64,000 nucleotides of DNA from Mobula hypostoma (GCF_963921235.1 NC_086097.1:6324001-6388000), one strand, 5' to 3'; positions 1 through 12,816 are shown, counted from the first letter of the stretch. Program-made: numbers and translations. Notes: generated from the sequence alone by a model not told the origin.

Positions 1-46
1 CTCTGATGTTTACACAGAAAACATAGAAACATAGAAACAATTGTTG

Positions 47-3000
47 TGTTGTTTGAACCTTCTCCTCATTTAGATAATAGTCCGCATGATTGTTCCTTTT
101 ACCAAAATGTATCATCGTACATTTCCCAATTCTGTATTCCATCTGCCACTTTTTTTGCCCATTCTTCCAATTTGTCTAAGTCCTGCTGCAATCGCACTGC
201 TTCCTCAGCGTTACCTACCCTTCCACCTATCTTCATATCATCCACAAACTTTGCCACAAAGCCATCAATTCCATTATCCACATCAATGACAAACAATGTG
301 AAAAGTAGTGGTCCCAATACTGACCACTGAGGAACATCACTAGTCACTGATAGCCAACCAGAAAAGGCTCCTTTAATTCCTACTCGCGACCTCCTGTCTG
401 TCAGCCATTCAGCTATCCATGCTAGTATCTTTCTGGTAATGCCTTAGGATATTACCTTGTTAAGCAGCCTCATGTGTGGCACCTTATCAAATGCCTTCTG
501 AAGATCCAAGTAAATGACATCCACTGCCTTCCTTTTGTCCAACCTGCCTGTTATAGTACTTCCTCAATAAAACCTAACAGATTTGTCAGATTTGTCCCTT
601 GAGAGAAACCATGCTGACTTTGACTTATTTTATTGTTAGTCTCCAGGTGCCCAAAACCAAGGAGATGATTGTTGATTTCAGACGGTCTCAGCCTGAGTAC
701 ACACCCCTCAGCATCAGCGGCTCCACAGTGGAGAGAGTGGAAAACATCAGGTTCCTTGGGGTGCAGATCTCCGACAATCTCACCTGGTCCAGGAACACCA
801 CTGGGATTGTGAAATGGGCCCAGCACAGATTGCACTTTCCGAGGAAGCTTAAACAAGCATCACTCCCCACTAACATCTTAGCTACCTTCTACAGAGGCGT
901 GGTTGAGAGTGTGCTGACCTCTTGCATCACAACCTGGTACTCCAGCTGCAGTGCTGTCGACAAAAAAGCCTTGCAGGGGGTGGTTAGGGGAGCAGAGAAG
1001 GTTATTGGGGTCTCCCTACCTTCTGTCCAAGACCTCTTTCAGAGTCGATGCCTCCAGAAGACACGATACATCATTAAAGACCCCTCACACCCTCTCCATG
1101 AACTGTTTGTACTTCTGCCATCAGGCAAACATTACTGGAGCATCAAAACTAAAACCACAAGGCTACTAAACAGCTTCCTCCCACAGGCAGTCAGACTGCT
1201 AAATAGCTGCTCCACCCGACTCTGCTTTGGACACTTTTAACTTGCCCTGGACACTTATAACTGATTTAACTGACATGTGGTTGTTGTGTTTTACTAGTTA
1301 TTGTTATGTTTATTATTTAGTGTGCGTTTGTTACGTTATGCTTGCACTGCCCCTGAGGAACGCTGTCTCATTCTGTCCTGCAGAGCTGATGTATGGTTAG
1401 AATGACAATAAAGTTTTTTGAATCTTTGAATCTTGAAAGCCTCCTTAATCAATAGAATCCAACTACTGAGGTTAGGCTAATTGGCCTATTATATCCTTTC
1501 TATTACCTTCCTTCCTTCTTAAAGAGTGGAGTGACAGTTGCAATCTTCCAGTCCTCCGGGACCATGCCAAAATCAGTGATTCCTGAAAGATCATAACCAA
1601 TGCATCCGTTATCTCTTCAGCAATCTCTCTCAGGACTCTGAGATGTAGTCAATGTGGTTGAGGTGACTTATCCACCTTAAGACATTTCAGTTTGCCTAAC
1701 ACTTTCTCCTATTAAGCCCGTCTACCATTTCTTCCTCCCCCACCAGCATCATTTTCCAGTGGTCCAATAACAAATCTCACCTCACGTTTACTCTTTATAT
1801 AACTGAAAACAAAAGCTTTTGGTATCTTGCTTTATGTTATTGGCTAGTTTGCTCTCATTTCATCTTGTCCCTTCTTATAGCTTTTTGAGTTGTCTTTTGT
1901 TGGATTTTAAAAGCTTCCAAATCATCCAACTTCCCACTCAAATTTGCTACTTACATGTGCTTTCCTTGGTTTTCATGCCGTCCTGAATTCCTTTGTCAGC
2001 CATGGTTGCCTGCCCCAGCCATTTGAGAACATCTTCTGATGGGGGATATATCTATGGTGCGCCTCTAGAGCTATTCCCAAAAACTTCAGCCATCTCTGCT
2101 GTGCCATCATCCCCGCCGGTATCCTCCCCCAATCTGGACACTACACACTAGACACATCTATCTGGGCAAGCTTCTCTCTCATGCCTCTATAATTCCCTTT
2201 ATTCCATTGCAATATTGATACATGTGTCTTATGCTTCTTCCTCTCAAATTGCAGTATGAGTTAAATCATATGACGATCACTGACTCCTAAAGTTTCCTTT
2301 ACATTAAGCTCCCTAATAAGATGCTGGCTATTATACAGCACCCAATCTAAGCCTTTCTTCAAGTAGGCTCATGCACAAGCTGCTCTAAAAAGCCATCTCA
2401 TAGGCGTTCAACAAATCCCTCTCTTGCGATCCAACACCAAGCTAATTTGTCCAATCCCCTTGCAAATTTAATTACAATTATGACATTACCCTTATTACAT
2501 ATCTTTTCCAGCTCCCTTTGCAATCTCAACTCCATATCTTGGCTATTATTTGAAGTCCTATATATGATTCCCATAATTTTTTTTTACACTTGCAGTTTCT
2601 TTACTCCATCCACAAAGATTCAACATTCTCTGACCCTATGTCACTTTTTTCTAACTATGTAATTCCATCTGTTACCAGCAGACCCTCGCCAGCGCCTATG
2701 CCTTCCTGCCTGTCCTTCTGATACAAAGTATGTCCTTTTATGCTAAGTTTGTAACTTTGACCTACTTTCAGCCATGACTCAGTGATGCCTACCACGTCTC
2801 TAATTGCACCATGAGTTTGTCCTTCTTATTCTGAATGCTACATGCGTTTAAATACTACACCTTCAGTTCTACATTCTTCGCCTTTTTGAATTTTGCCTCT
2901 GTGGTACAATTTAGCTCTTTTTTCTGTCTGCATTTGTATCCAATGATTGGCTTGTACTTCCTTACATTCATATTATATCCATCATCTACTTGCAAACCTG

Positions 3001-3216
3001 CTGGCTCATCCTCAGCTCTGTCTTATTGATTCCCATCCCCTGCCATATGAGTTGAAACAAATCTCAGCAGCTCTAGTTAACCTGCCTGCAAGAATATTGC
3101 CTCTCCTCAGATTCAAGTGCAACTCATCCCTTTTTCACAGGTCCCATCTGCCCCAGAAGTGGTCCCAATTATCCAGAAATCTGAATTCCTGCCCTCTGCT
3201 CCAATTCTTCAGCCAG
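47..3216 (-). mobile_element. Degenerate CR1 LINE (end of ORF1 esterase, APE, RT), interrupted by a Rex1/Babar insertion at 653-1436
   Basis: ORF 99-347 VPQWSVLGPLLFTLFVIDVD..FVAKFVDDMKIGG (CR1 RT motifs); ~3050-3215 minus reads FRFLDNWDHFWGRWDL..DELHLN (ORF1 SGNH esterase); many stops and frameshifts. Confidence 0.9.
653..1436 (+). mobile_element. 5'-truncated Rex1/Babar non-LTR retrotransposon
   Basis: ORF 599-1240 KTKEMIVDFRR..VERVENIRFLGVQISDNLTW..DPSHPLHELFVLLPSGK..NSFLPQAVRLLN; 3' UTR with AATAAA and TTGAATC-type repeat tail. Confidence 0.9.
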
Positions 3217-3239
3217 GTATCTAGCTTCTGGGCAGTTGA

Positions 3240-3390
3240 GAAGAAGAGTAGAAGTGAAGAATAGAAGAAGAGTGAAAAGGGACGGAAAAATTACCAGAAG
3301 GAGAAATCAATGTTCATGCCATCAGGTTGGCGGCTACCTCGACTGAATGTTATCCATCTCGCTCTTCCATTCTAAGAATGGCCTCATTGT
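3240..3390 (-). mobile_element. Old Penelope-like element fragment (ORF C-terminus)
   Basis: gagaaatcaatgttcatgccatcaggttgg matches the ..LQPDGMNIDFS end of other Penelope copies in the window. Confidence 0.7.
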
Positions 3391-3721
3391 ATCTACAAGT
3401 TGCTTTCACTTTCCCTCTGGTTTGTACTGACAATTATTAAACATGATGAGATGAAACCCACTGCCAAGGTGATGCTTCCCACCAGGTATCTGGGCATTTC
3501 CATTCTGTAGTACCTGCATCAAGAGTGCTCCTTGCAAATGTGGGCAAGGAGATTTCATAGCTTCCTTGCGATGACTTTCTGAGAGGAAGCTGGCTTCAGA
3601 CAATTGTTATTTCAAATTGAATGACAAGTTGCTGCACCAACAGCACTGGGCTCTGCAGGGAAATTAAATTGAAAAAAAACTTGCAAATCAGTGACAGAAT
3701 TTGAAAACCAGCCAGTGATAG

Positions 3722-4015
3722 ATTTATTTATTTATTTAGTTTATATTTAATTAAAGATACAGTGCGGACAGGCCTTTCTGGCCCAAAAAGTCATGCCATC
3801 CAACAACCTGCTGACTTATCCCTAGGGTAATACCAGGATAATTTACAATGACCAATTAACCAAATATCCCGCAAGTCTTTTAACTGTGGGAGGAAACTGG
3901 AGCACCTGGAGGAAACCTGAACATCACAGTGAAAAGCATAAACTCCTTACAGGTGAACTCTGAACTCCTATACCCCGAGTTCTAATAACTTTATGCTAAC
4001 CTCAGTGGCATTACG
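3722..4015 (-). mobile_element. tRNA-derived V-SINE (HE1-like)
   Basis: V-domain reverse complement ctgtgggaggaaactggagcacctggaggaaacc; (TTTA)n tail at ~3722. Confidence 0.8.
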
Positions 4016-4144
4016 TGCAGTATGGTATTTCTATCATTGGAAAAGATTTGCAGTGTATGTCTCCTGTGGATCATCAGTGAACTGACGTTACTTGCTGTAC
4101 ATTGGGATGCTGTCAGTCATATTATCCTAGTGACGCCGTACACA

Positions 4145-4600
4145 AAGTTCAAAGCTCCAAATTCCAAGTTAAAAGTACATTTATTATCAAAGTTTGTATA
4201 CTATATGCAAGCTTGAGATTCATCGCCTTTCAGGCAGTCACAAAGCAAAGAAACACAATAGAATCCATTAACAAGACTCCACACAGCAAAGACCGTTAAG
4301 CACCCAATGTGAGAAAAAAGAACAAAGTGGTGAAAACAATAAAAAAAAGTAAACAAATAACACACGGAACATGAACTGCAGGGTCCCCGAGAGTAAGTTC
4401 ACAGCCACCGAGCCAGTTCAGCACAAAGGCATGTGATGATGGTTGCAGGCCATAGACACGGAGCCAGTTCAGGACTGAGATGAGTAAACTTCACAGAGTA
4501 GTGAGCTGAACACCAACTTGCCTATTGCCCTCGACCTTGGTGCCTTGATATGTTAAACTGGATTGGAGTTTACATTCGCTAAGGATTTGTTCATTTTTCA
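4145..4600 (-). mobile_element. Non-autonomous retroposon fragment with Rex/Babar-like 3' tail
   Basis: aagttcaaag..aaagtacatttattatcaaag tail resembles the tail at 12972, which runs into Rex coding sequence. Confidence 0.55.
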
Positions 4601-5447
4601 CTTTCGACCCAAAGTTTCAATGCAGCAAGCCGGAAGCCTGAGAACAGAATTCTGTCAATAAATGCAGTTTATGTAAATGAGAATGTATGTAAATGTTTAT
4701 GTAAATGTATCAGGTGTCTGTGGAGGGGTAGAACTTCTGGTGGCGGGGTAGAACTTCTGGTGAAGGGGATTCTCATGTCGCTTCTGGGACAGATCATCCA
4801 GCTTTGGAACACGCCGAACACTCAGCTCTCATCTATGGCTCCAAATAGCTGTTTGCATGTGAAGATGGCCACATCCCTGCTACACCACTTCGACAGGAGG
4901 GATAAACTGGATAAGGGTAGCAGGCGGTCTTATACCCCGGTGAGATAAGGACGTGTCTATCCTGGCATGCAAAGTCAGCTCTGGCGGACTGGAAGGAAGT
5001 GATTACAGTGAGATCCAACAACCAGGAAGACAATTCTGCAGCACCCCACAGAGAACAAAGGCACACACGAGATCATGGTCATCCACTGAAAGTCAGTAAG
5101 ATCCCATTATGTGATGCTTGGTTGTACCTCTGGACGTAGACTTTAGAGTTCAAGAGACTGGAACTACCCCAGTGCAACGGCATTTCCACTTTCAAAAGCT
5201 CTTCCCTTGGGTTGTATATGATGGACAACCAATGTGTGAGTGAAAGAGGACACTGCAGTTATCAAACGATTCTATATCTGATGATGAAGCAATGCTGATG
5301 AATCTTAGAGCCCATGTCCTTACCAAAATGCTTGCACAAAGGAATAATTTAAACCAGCAGGTGCATTTGCAAGATGCTTGACCTGACCTTCTGTTTCATT
5401 TTTTCATAATTGTTACTGAAAGGGGGACACCGAAGTCACGTAGTGAT

Positions 5448-5590
5448 GTGCATCCCAATTCCTATTCCGACATGTCGGTCAAAGGCCTCCTTTGCTGACA
5501 CGATGAGGGCACCCTTAGGATGGAGGAGTAACATCTTATATTCCATCAAGGTAGCCGCCAGTCTGATGGAATAAACTTTGATTTCTCAAG
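5448..5590 (+). mobile_element. Penelope ORF C-terminal fragment
   Basis: gatgagggcacccttaggatggaggagtaacatcttatattcc matches the DEATLRLEEQHLIF segment of other copies. Confidence 0.75.
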
Positions 5591-5651
5591 AGCTTCTGAC
5601 TCTCAGGGTCTGTATTCTTACCAAAATATTTGAACAAAGGTATAATCTAAA

Positions 5652-5800
5652 CATCATCATCGTTATATGCTGTGTCATATGACAGAGGCAATCACATTCT
5701 TCATGACCATGACTACTTTTGGCAAATTTTTCCACAGAAGTGGTTTGCCATTGCCTTCTTCAAGGCAGTGTCTTTACAAAACATGAGACCCAAACCATTT
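5652..5800 (-). mobile_element. RTE/BovB-related SINE-like 3' fragment
   Basis: minus strand gaagaaggcaatggcaaaccacttctg (Bov-A/BovB-like motif) and (ATG)n tail; related copies at 39237-39370 and 53349-53420. Confidence 0.65.
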
Positions 5801-8150
5801 TAAGACCGTAAGACATCAGAGGAGAATTAGGACATTTGGTCCATTGGGTCAGCTCTGTCATTCAATCATGGCTGGTCCTTTTTTCCCCTCCTCAACCCCA
5901 CTCCCTGGAATCAACCTGGTGAACCTCCTCCGTACTGCCTCCAAAGCCAGTATATCTTTCCTCAAGTATGGAGACCAGAACTGCACACAGTACTCCAGGT
6001 GTGGCCTCACCAGTACCCTGTATAGTTGCAGCATGACCTCCCTGCTCTTGAATTCAATCCTTCTGGCAATGAAGGCCAACATTCTGTTTGGCTTCTTAAT
6101 AGCCTGTTGTACCTGCAAGCCAACTTTTTGCGATTCATGCACAAACACTCCCATGTCCCTCTGCTCAACAGCATGCTGCAATCTTTCACCATTTAAATAA
6201 TAACCTGCTCTTCTATTATTCCTTCCAAGTAGGTGATCTCGCATTTACCAACGTTGTATTCCGTCTGCCAGACCTTGGCCCACTCACTTAACCTATCTAT
6301 ATCCCTCTGTAGACTCTCCACCTCCTCTGTACAATTTGCCTTTCCACTCAGTTTAGTGTCATCAGCAAATTTTGCTCCGCTACACTCAGTCCCCTCTTCC
6401 AAATCATCAGTGTAAATGGTAAACAGCTGCGGGCCCAGCACCGACCCCTGCAGCACCCCACTCACCACAAACTGCCAATCGGAGAAACACCCATTTATAC
6501 CAACTCTCTGCCTTCTATTGGTTAACCAATCCACTATCCATGTCAATATACTTCCTCCGACTCCATGCATCTATTTCTTATTTATTAGTCTCCTGTGCGG
6601 CACCTTATCGAACACCTTCTGGAAATCCAACTATACGACATCCACCTGTTCCCCTCTATCCACTGCACTCATTATGTCCTCAAAGAACTCCAGTAATTTT
6701 GTCAAACAGGACCTGCCCTTTCTGAATCCATGCTGCGTCTGTCTAATGGAACCACTCCTTTCTAAATGTTTCGCTATTTCTTTCTTAATGACAGCTTCAA
6801 GCATTTTCCCAACTACAGATGTTAAGCGAACTGGCCTATAGTTGCCCGTTTTTTGCGAACATCCTTTTAAAAAAAGTGGTGAGACATTTGCTGTCTTCCA
6901 ATCTGCCGGGACCTACCCAGAGTCTAGAGAATTTTGGTAAATGATTACCAACGCATCTACTATAACCTCCACCAATTCCTTCAGCACCCTAGGATGCATC
7001 CCATCAGGACCAGGGGACTTATCTACCTTCAGGACCTCTAGTTTGTTCATCATTATCTCTTTAGTGACAGAGATTTTATTGAGGTCCTCACCTCCCATTT
7101 CATCCATAACATCCTTCTTTGGCATATTAGGCGTGTCCTCCACCGTGAAGACCAACATAAAATAGTTGTCCAATGCCTCAGCTATTTCCTTATCACCCAA
7201 TATCAATTACCCCTTCTCGTCTTCCAAGGGACCTACATTGACTTTAGCCACCCTCTTCCGCTTTATATATTTATAAAAACTTCTGCTATCTGTTTTTATA
7301 TTTTGTGCTAATTTACTTTCGTACTCTATCTTCCCTTTCCTAACTTCTTCTTTAGTTGTTCTTTGTTGCTTTTTAAAGTTTTCCCAATCCTCCAGTCTCC
7401 CACTACTCTTTGCGACTTGGTACACGAGCTTTTAATTTGTTACTATCTTTTATTTCCTTAGTTATCCAAGGCTGGCTCTCCCCACACTTACTCTCCTTAC
7501 TTTTGACTGGAATATACTTTTGTTGAGCACTGTGAAAAATTTCTTTGAAGTTATTCCACTGTTCCTCGACTGTCCTACCAAATAGCTTGTGCTCCCAATC
7601 CACATTAGCCAACTCCTCCCTCATCCTGTTGTAGTCTCCCTTGTTCAAGCATAATACACTAGTTTTAGATCTAACTATTTCATCTTCCATCCTCCATAAA
7701 AGGATCCCTTTATTTCCATTCGCTGCATCCTGCCAATCAGCCAATGCTCTAACCATATAAGTAACTTTCCTGTAATATCATGGGCTCTTAACTTGGTAAG
7801 CAGCCTCATGTATGGCTCCTTTTCAAAGGCCTTCTGAAAGTCCAAATATACAACATTTACTGCATTCTCTTTATCCATCCAACTTGTAATCTCCTCAAAG
7901 AAATCTAACAGATTCATCAGGCAAGAATTTCCTTTAAGGAAACCATACTGACTTTATACTATCTTGTCCTGTGTCACCTCATCCTTAACAATTGACTCTA
8001 ACAGGCTAACTGGTCTATAATTTCCTTTCTGCTGCCTTCCTCTGTTCTTAATAAGTGGAGTAACATTTGCATTTTTCCAGTCCTCTGGCACCATGCCTGA
8101 GTCCAATGATTTTTGAAAGATCATTGCTAATGCCTCATCAATCTCTACCA
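5801..8150 (-). mobile_element. CR1 LINE: younger copy 5801-7675 joined to a second RT fragment 7676-8150
   Basis: ORFs LVRPHLEYCVQFWSPY, GVLQGSVLGPQLFTIY..FADDTKL, KSPGPDGMHPRVLKEL, VYLDFQKAF. Confidence 0.95.
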
Positions 8151-8919
8151 GATTTGTTTTTAATTATTATTGTGTTCTTTATCTTATTGTGGATTTTATG
8201 GTGCTGCATCACATCCAGAGCAACAATTATTTTGTTCTCCTTTACACTTGTGTACTGGAAATGAGATTGAACAATCTTGAATTTTCAATGTTGTATTTGC
8301 TAGATACTTGCCCTGACCTTCTGTTTCCTTACTTAGTAAGCGTTTCTGATAGGACACCAAAGTCAATTAGTAATCTGTCCACATAGTGGGCAGAATAATA
8401 TAAATGTGGGAGGATAGGATAGCTTCCCCAAACACAAGGACTGTTCAGCTAACCTGCTGTTAGCTCAGCTCCTGATATATTATGTGTTATAAACAAATCC
8501 CTGACAATGTGTTATTGTACATGCCAATCATTTGATCAATATTGTGCATTTGCTTATGTTGGGGGGGCTATTACTTTACAGACATCAATCGAGAAGCCAG
8601 GTCTGCTGAAAATGATCAATAATGAGTTTTTTTTCCTCTCTGTCTATACACCAAACAATCAAAACTGAATTTTTAGCTCAGTGGTACTTCTCTCAACCGT
8701 GCAAATAATGGCCATTAGTTTCTGAATGGACATTGAACCCATGAACACGAGTTCACTACTTTTACTTCTCTTTTTACACAGCTTGTTTAACTACATATAT
8801 AAACTGTAATAACAGTAAGAAACATTTATATATATATATAGATTTCTTACTGCAATTTACAGTTTTTATTGTTATCTGTTACTGCTGCTGCTTACAAGTT
8901 TCACAACATATGCCAGTAA

Positions 8920-9530
8920 TAGAGACATAGAAAAGTACAGCACAGCTACAGGCTCACTGGTGCATCCCATCAATCTAAACTGGGACCATAGCCCTCCATA
9001 TGCTACCATCCACATACCTATCCAAACTTCTCTTCAACATTGAAGTCCATCTTGCATGCACCACTTCTGCAGGCAGCTCATTCCACACCATCACTAACCT
9101 CTGAGTGAAAAAGATTCCCTTCCTATTTCCCTTAAACTTCTCATCTTTCACCCTTAACCTATGACCTGTCGTCTTTTCCATCCTCAGTGGAAAAAGCTTG
9201 CTTGCATTTACCCTATCTATACACCTCATATTTTAGATTATGAAGACACGCAATCCTCTTTTAGATTAATTTTGTGTATTTCCAAAAAAATCTCCCCTCA
9301 TTCTTCTACATTCCAAGGAATAAAGTCCTAACCTACTCAACCTTTCCCTATAACTCAGTTCCTCCAGTCCAGGCAACATCCTTGTAAATTTTCTCAGTAG
9401 TCTTTCAAAATATCTTACATCTTGCCTGTAGGTAGGTGACCAAATCTGCACATAGTACTCCAAATTAGGCCTCACCAAAATCTTATACAACTTCAACATA
9501 ACATCCCATCTTCTGTACTCAATATCACAA
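8920..9530 (-). mobile_element. CR1 3' end (with a ~30-bp foreign tail insertion near 9233-9262)
   Basis: ORFs LVRPNLEYYVQIWSP..LEELSYRERLSRLGLYSLE and FFTQRLVMVWNELP. Confidence 0.9.
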
Positions 9531-9554
9531 TCAGAATCAGATGTAATATAATCG

Positions 9555-10993
9555 ACAAACAAGAGAAAATCTATAGATGCTAGAAATCCATGCAACACAC
9601 ACGTAATGCAGGAGGAACTGAAGAGACCAGGCAGCTTCTATGGAAAAGAGTACAGTCAATGGTTCAAAACACGACCCTTCATCAGGAATGGAGAACAAAG
9701 ATGAAAAGTCAGAGTAAGAAGGTGGGGGGAGGGGAGGAAGAATTACAAAGTAGTAGGTGATTGGGGAAAGCAGGGGTGGAGGGTGAAGTAAAGAGCTGCA
9801 AAGCTGATTGGTGAAAGAGATGAATGGCTGGAAAAAGGGGGAATCCGATAGTAGAGGACAGAAACCATGGAAGAAAGGAAAGGAGGAGGAGCACCCAAGG
9901 GAGATGATGGGTAGGTAAGGTGATAAGGTTAGAGAGGAAAATGGGAAAGGAGAGTTAGGGGCATTACCAGAAATTCAAGAAATCAATGTTCATGCCATCA
10001 GGTTGGAGGAGGCCCACATGGAATGTCCAAACTGAGTGTGGCCTCATTGTGGCAGTAGTGGAGGCTATGGGCTGACATGTCAGAATGGGAATAGAAAGTG
10101 GAATTTAAATGGATGGCCACTGAGAGGTCCTGCTTTTTCTGGCGCAAGTGCTCGGTAAGGTTATCTCCCAATCTATGCCAGGTGTCACTGATGTACAGAA
10201 GGCCACACTGGGAGAACTGGATACAGTAGATGACCCCAACAGACTCACAAGTGAAGTGTTACCTCGGCTGGAAGGACTGTTTAGGACCCTGGATTGTAGT
10301 GAGGGAGGAGGTGTAGGAGCAGGTGTAGCACTTGTTCCATTTGCAAGGAGAAGTGCCGGGAGGGAGATCAGTGGGGAGGGAAGAATGGACAAGGGAGTCA
10401 TGTAGCTGAAAGCTGGAAGTTGGGGGTGGAGGGAAAGGTTTGTTTGGTGTTGGGATCCCGTTGGAGATGGTGGGAGTTGCAGAGAATTATGTGCTGGACG
10501 AGGAGGCAGGTGAGGCCGTAGGTGAGTACAAGAGGAACCCTATATCTAGTAGGGTGGAAGGGAGGAGAGCATGAGGGCAGACAAGCATGAAATGGAAAAG
10601 ATACGATTGAGGGCAGCATTAATGGTGGAGGAATGGAAGCCTCTTTTTTTGAAAAAGGAGGACACCTCCTTAGTCCTGGAATGAAAAACCTCATCCTGAG
10701 AGCAGATGCAGCGGAGATAGAGGAATTGAGAGAAAGCGATGGCATTTTTACAAGTAACAGCATGGGAAGAGATACAGTCCAGGCGGCTCTGGGAGTCAGA
10801 GGGTTTATGAAAGACATCAGTAGAAAAGCTGTCTCCAGAGATAGGGACTGAGAGATCGAGAATGGGGAGGGATGTGTCAGAAATGGACCAGGTAAATTTG
10901 AGGGCGGGGTGGAAGATAAGAGGCAGAGTTGATGAAGTTGACAAGCTCTGCATGGGTGAAGGAAGCTATAGCAAAGCCGTCGTTGATGTAGCG
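9555..10993 (-). mobile_element. Penelope-like element: RT C-terminus, GIY-YIG, pseudo-LTR with decayed hammerhead and tail
   Basis: RYINDG (YIDD-like) at ~10976-10993; ORF 10546-10953 FHPALKFTWSISDTSLPILDLSV..CKNAIAFSQFLYLRCICS. Confidence 0.9.
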
Positions 10994-10999
10994 TAGTAT

Positions 11000-11620
11000 C
11001 ATAATATCATCAACATTTGTCGTTCAATTTGTTGTTCTTATGCCAGCAGTACAATGCAGTGCATAATAATAAAAACTGTGACTTACAGTAAGCATATAAA
11101 TATATGTACTGTAATTCATATATATAATAGTTAAATTAAATAAGTAGTGCAAAAAAAGTAGTAAGGTTGTGTTCATGGGTTCAATGTCCATTCAGAAATC
11201 AGATGGCAGAAGTGAAGAAGCTGTTTCTGATACACTGAGTGTGTGTCTTCAGACTTCTGTACCTCCTCCTTGATGATAACAATGAGAAGATGGTATGTCT
11301 TGGATGAAGGAGGCTCTTAATGATGGATGCTGCCTTTTTGAGGCATCGTTCCATGAAGACGTTCTGGATACTGGCAGTACCCATGATGTTACTGACTAAG
11401 TTCACAACTTTCTGCAGCTTCTTTTGATCCTGTGCAGTCACCTCCCTCATAAAAAATGGTAATGCTACCAGTTAGAATGCTCTCCATGGAACATCTGTAG
11501 ATATTTGCGAGTGTCTTTGGTGACATATCAAATCTTCTAGTGAAGTATAGCCGCTATCATGCCTTTGTAACTGCATCAATATGTTGGGCTCAGGATAGAT
11601 CCTCAGAGATGTTGACAGTA
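11000..11620 (-). mobile_element. Rex1/Babar 3' fragment (its tail lies at ~9530-9550, split off by the Penelope insertion)
   Basis: ORF 11199-11450 DQKKLQKVVN..RCLKKAASII..RRYRSLKTHT..RNSFF. Confidence 0.85.
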
Positions 11621-11694
11621 CTTTGATTTATGAAGGGCAATGTGCTAAAAGCTTTGTTTACAACCTTATCTACCTATAATATTAAACCAGATTC

Positions 11695-12489
11695 TACTTA
11701 TCTGTGTAAGCGGAACAAGTGCTACACAGGGCCTTACACTTCCTCCCTCACCACCATTCAGGGCCCCAGACAGTCCTTCCAGGTGAGGCGACACTTCACC
11801 TGTGAGTCGGCTGGGGTGAGATACTGCGTCCGGTGCTCCTGATGTGACCCGACGCAAACTGGGAGATTGTTTTGCTGAACATCTACGCTCCATCCGCCAG
11901 AGAAAGCAGGATCTCCCAGTGGCCACACATTTTAATTCCACATCCCATTCCCATTCTGACATGTCTATCCATGGCCTCCTCTACTGTAAAGATGAAGCCA
12001 CACTCAGGTTGGAGGAACTACACCTTATGTTCCGTCTGGGTAGCCTCCAACCTGATGGCATGAACATTGACTTCTCTAACTTCTGCATATGCCCCACCTC
12101 CCCCTCGTAACCAATCCGTTATTTATTTTTATACACACATTCTTTCTCTCTCTCTCCTTTTTCTCCCTCTGTCCCTCTGACTATACCCCTTGCCCATCCT
12201 CTGGGTTTTTCCCCCCGCCCCCTTTTCCTTCTCCTTGGGCCTCCTGTCCCATGATCCTCTCATATCCCTTTTGTCTATCACCTGTCCAGCTCTTGGGCTC
12301 TATTTTCCCCCTCCTGTCTTCTCCTATCATTTTGGATCTCCCCTCCCCCTCCCACTTTCAAATCTCTTACTAGCTCTTCTTTCAGTTAGTCCTGACGAAG
12401 GGTCTCGGCCCGAAATGTCGACTGTACCTCTTCCTAGAGATGCTGCCTGGCCTGCTGCGTTCACCAGCAACTTTTATGTGTGTTGCTTC
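11695..12489 (+). mobile_element. Penelope GIY-YIG fragment plus pseudo-LTR
   Basis: CKRNKCYT..FTCESAGVRYCVRCS; LGDCFAEHLRSIR..PVATHFNS..LGSLQPDGMNIDFS. Confidence 0.92.
12388..12423 (+). ncRNA. Minimal type I hammerhead ribozyme (Penelope pLTR), CpG-decayed stem III
   Basis: AGUC CUGACGA A GGGU-CUCG-GCCC GAAAU GUC GACU. Confidence 0.8.
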
Positions 12490-12674
12490 TAATTCAAGTT
12501 CTTCTCCAGTGACCTCAGCTGATGTTGAGGAAAGCTGTGTCATTGCATAATACACTGGTCGAGTGCAAGAACCACTCTGTTCTCTCAGGCCACTGAAACC
12601 TTGGCACAAAACAAATGAGTATGGTAGGCTCCCTGTGTCACAGTTAAACTTAACTACAACTAAAACAATCCCTT

Positions 12675-12816
12675 TTTATCTTCTTATTGTCTGTGGAATT
12701 TTTTTATGTGCAACTCAGCTGCCTCATTTTCGATGTTACCATGAGGAAAATTTTTACTGGATCTTAATTCCTTTCCGATATTCTGGGAGTGTGAAAATTA
12801 CTCCATTAATTCAAGT
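12675..12816 (+). mobile_element. Ancient Deu-domain SINE relic (SacSINE1/AmnSINE1-like)
   Basis: ttattgtctgtggaattt..tgtgcaactcagctgcc..gtgaaaattactccattaattcaagt resembles the Deu domain and 3' tail as I recall the consensus. Confidence 0.5.

Noticed and set aside
4660..4710. Short TATGTAAATG degenerate tandem repeat
   Set aside because: Only about three units of low-complexity sequence.
5324..5415. Protein-coding exon on the minus strand between the acceptor-like and donor-like sites
   Set aside because: Stops in all three frames; kept only as a possible non-coding exon.
12190..12492. Recurring ORFs containing VSPDEGSRPE(T/M)STV or MLVNAAGQAAS as a small-protein family
   Set aside because: They are translations of the non-coding Penelope pLTR and its hammerhead motif on either strand.
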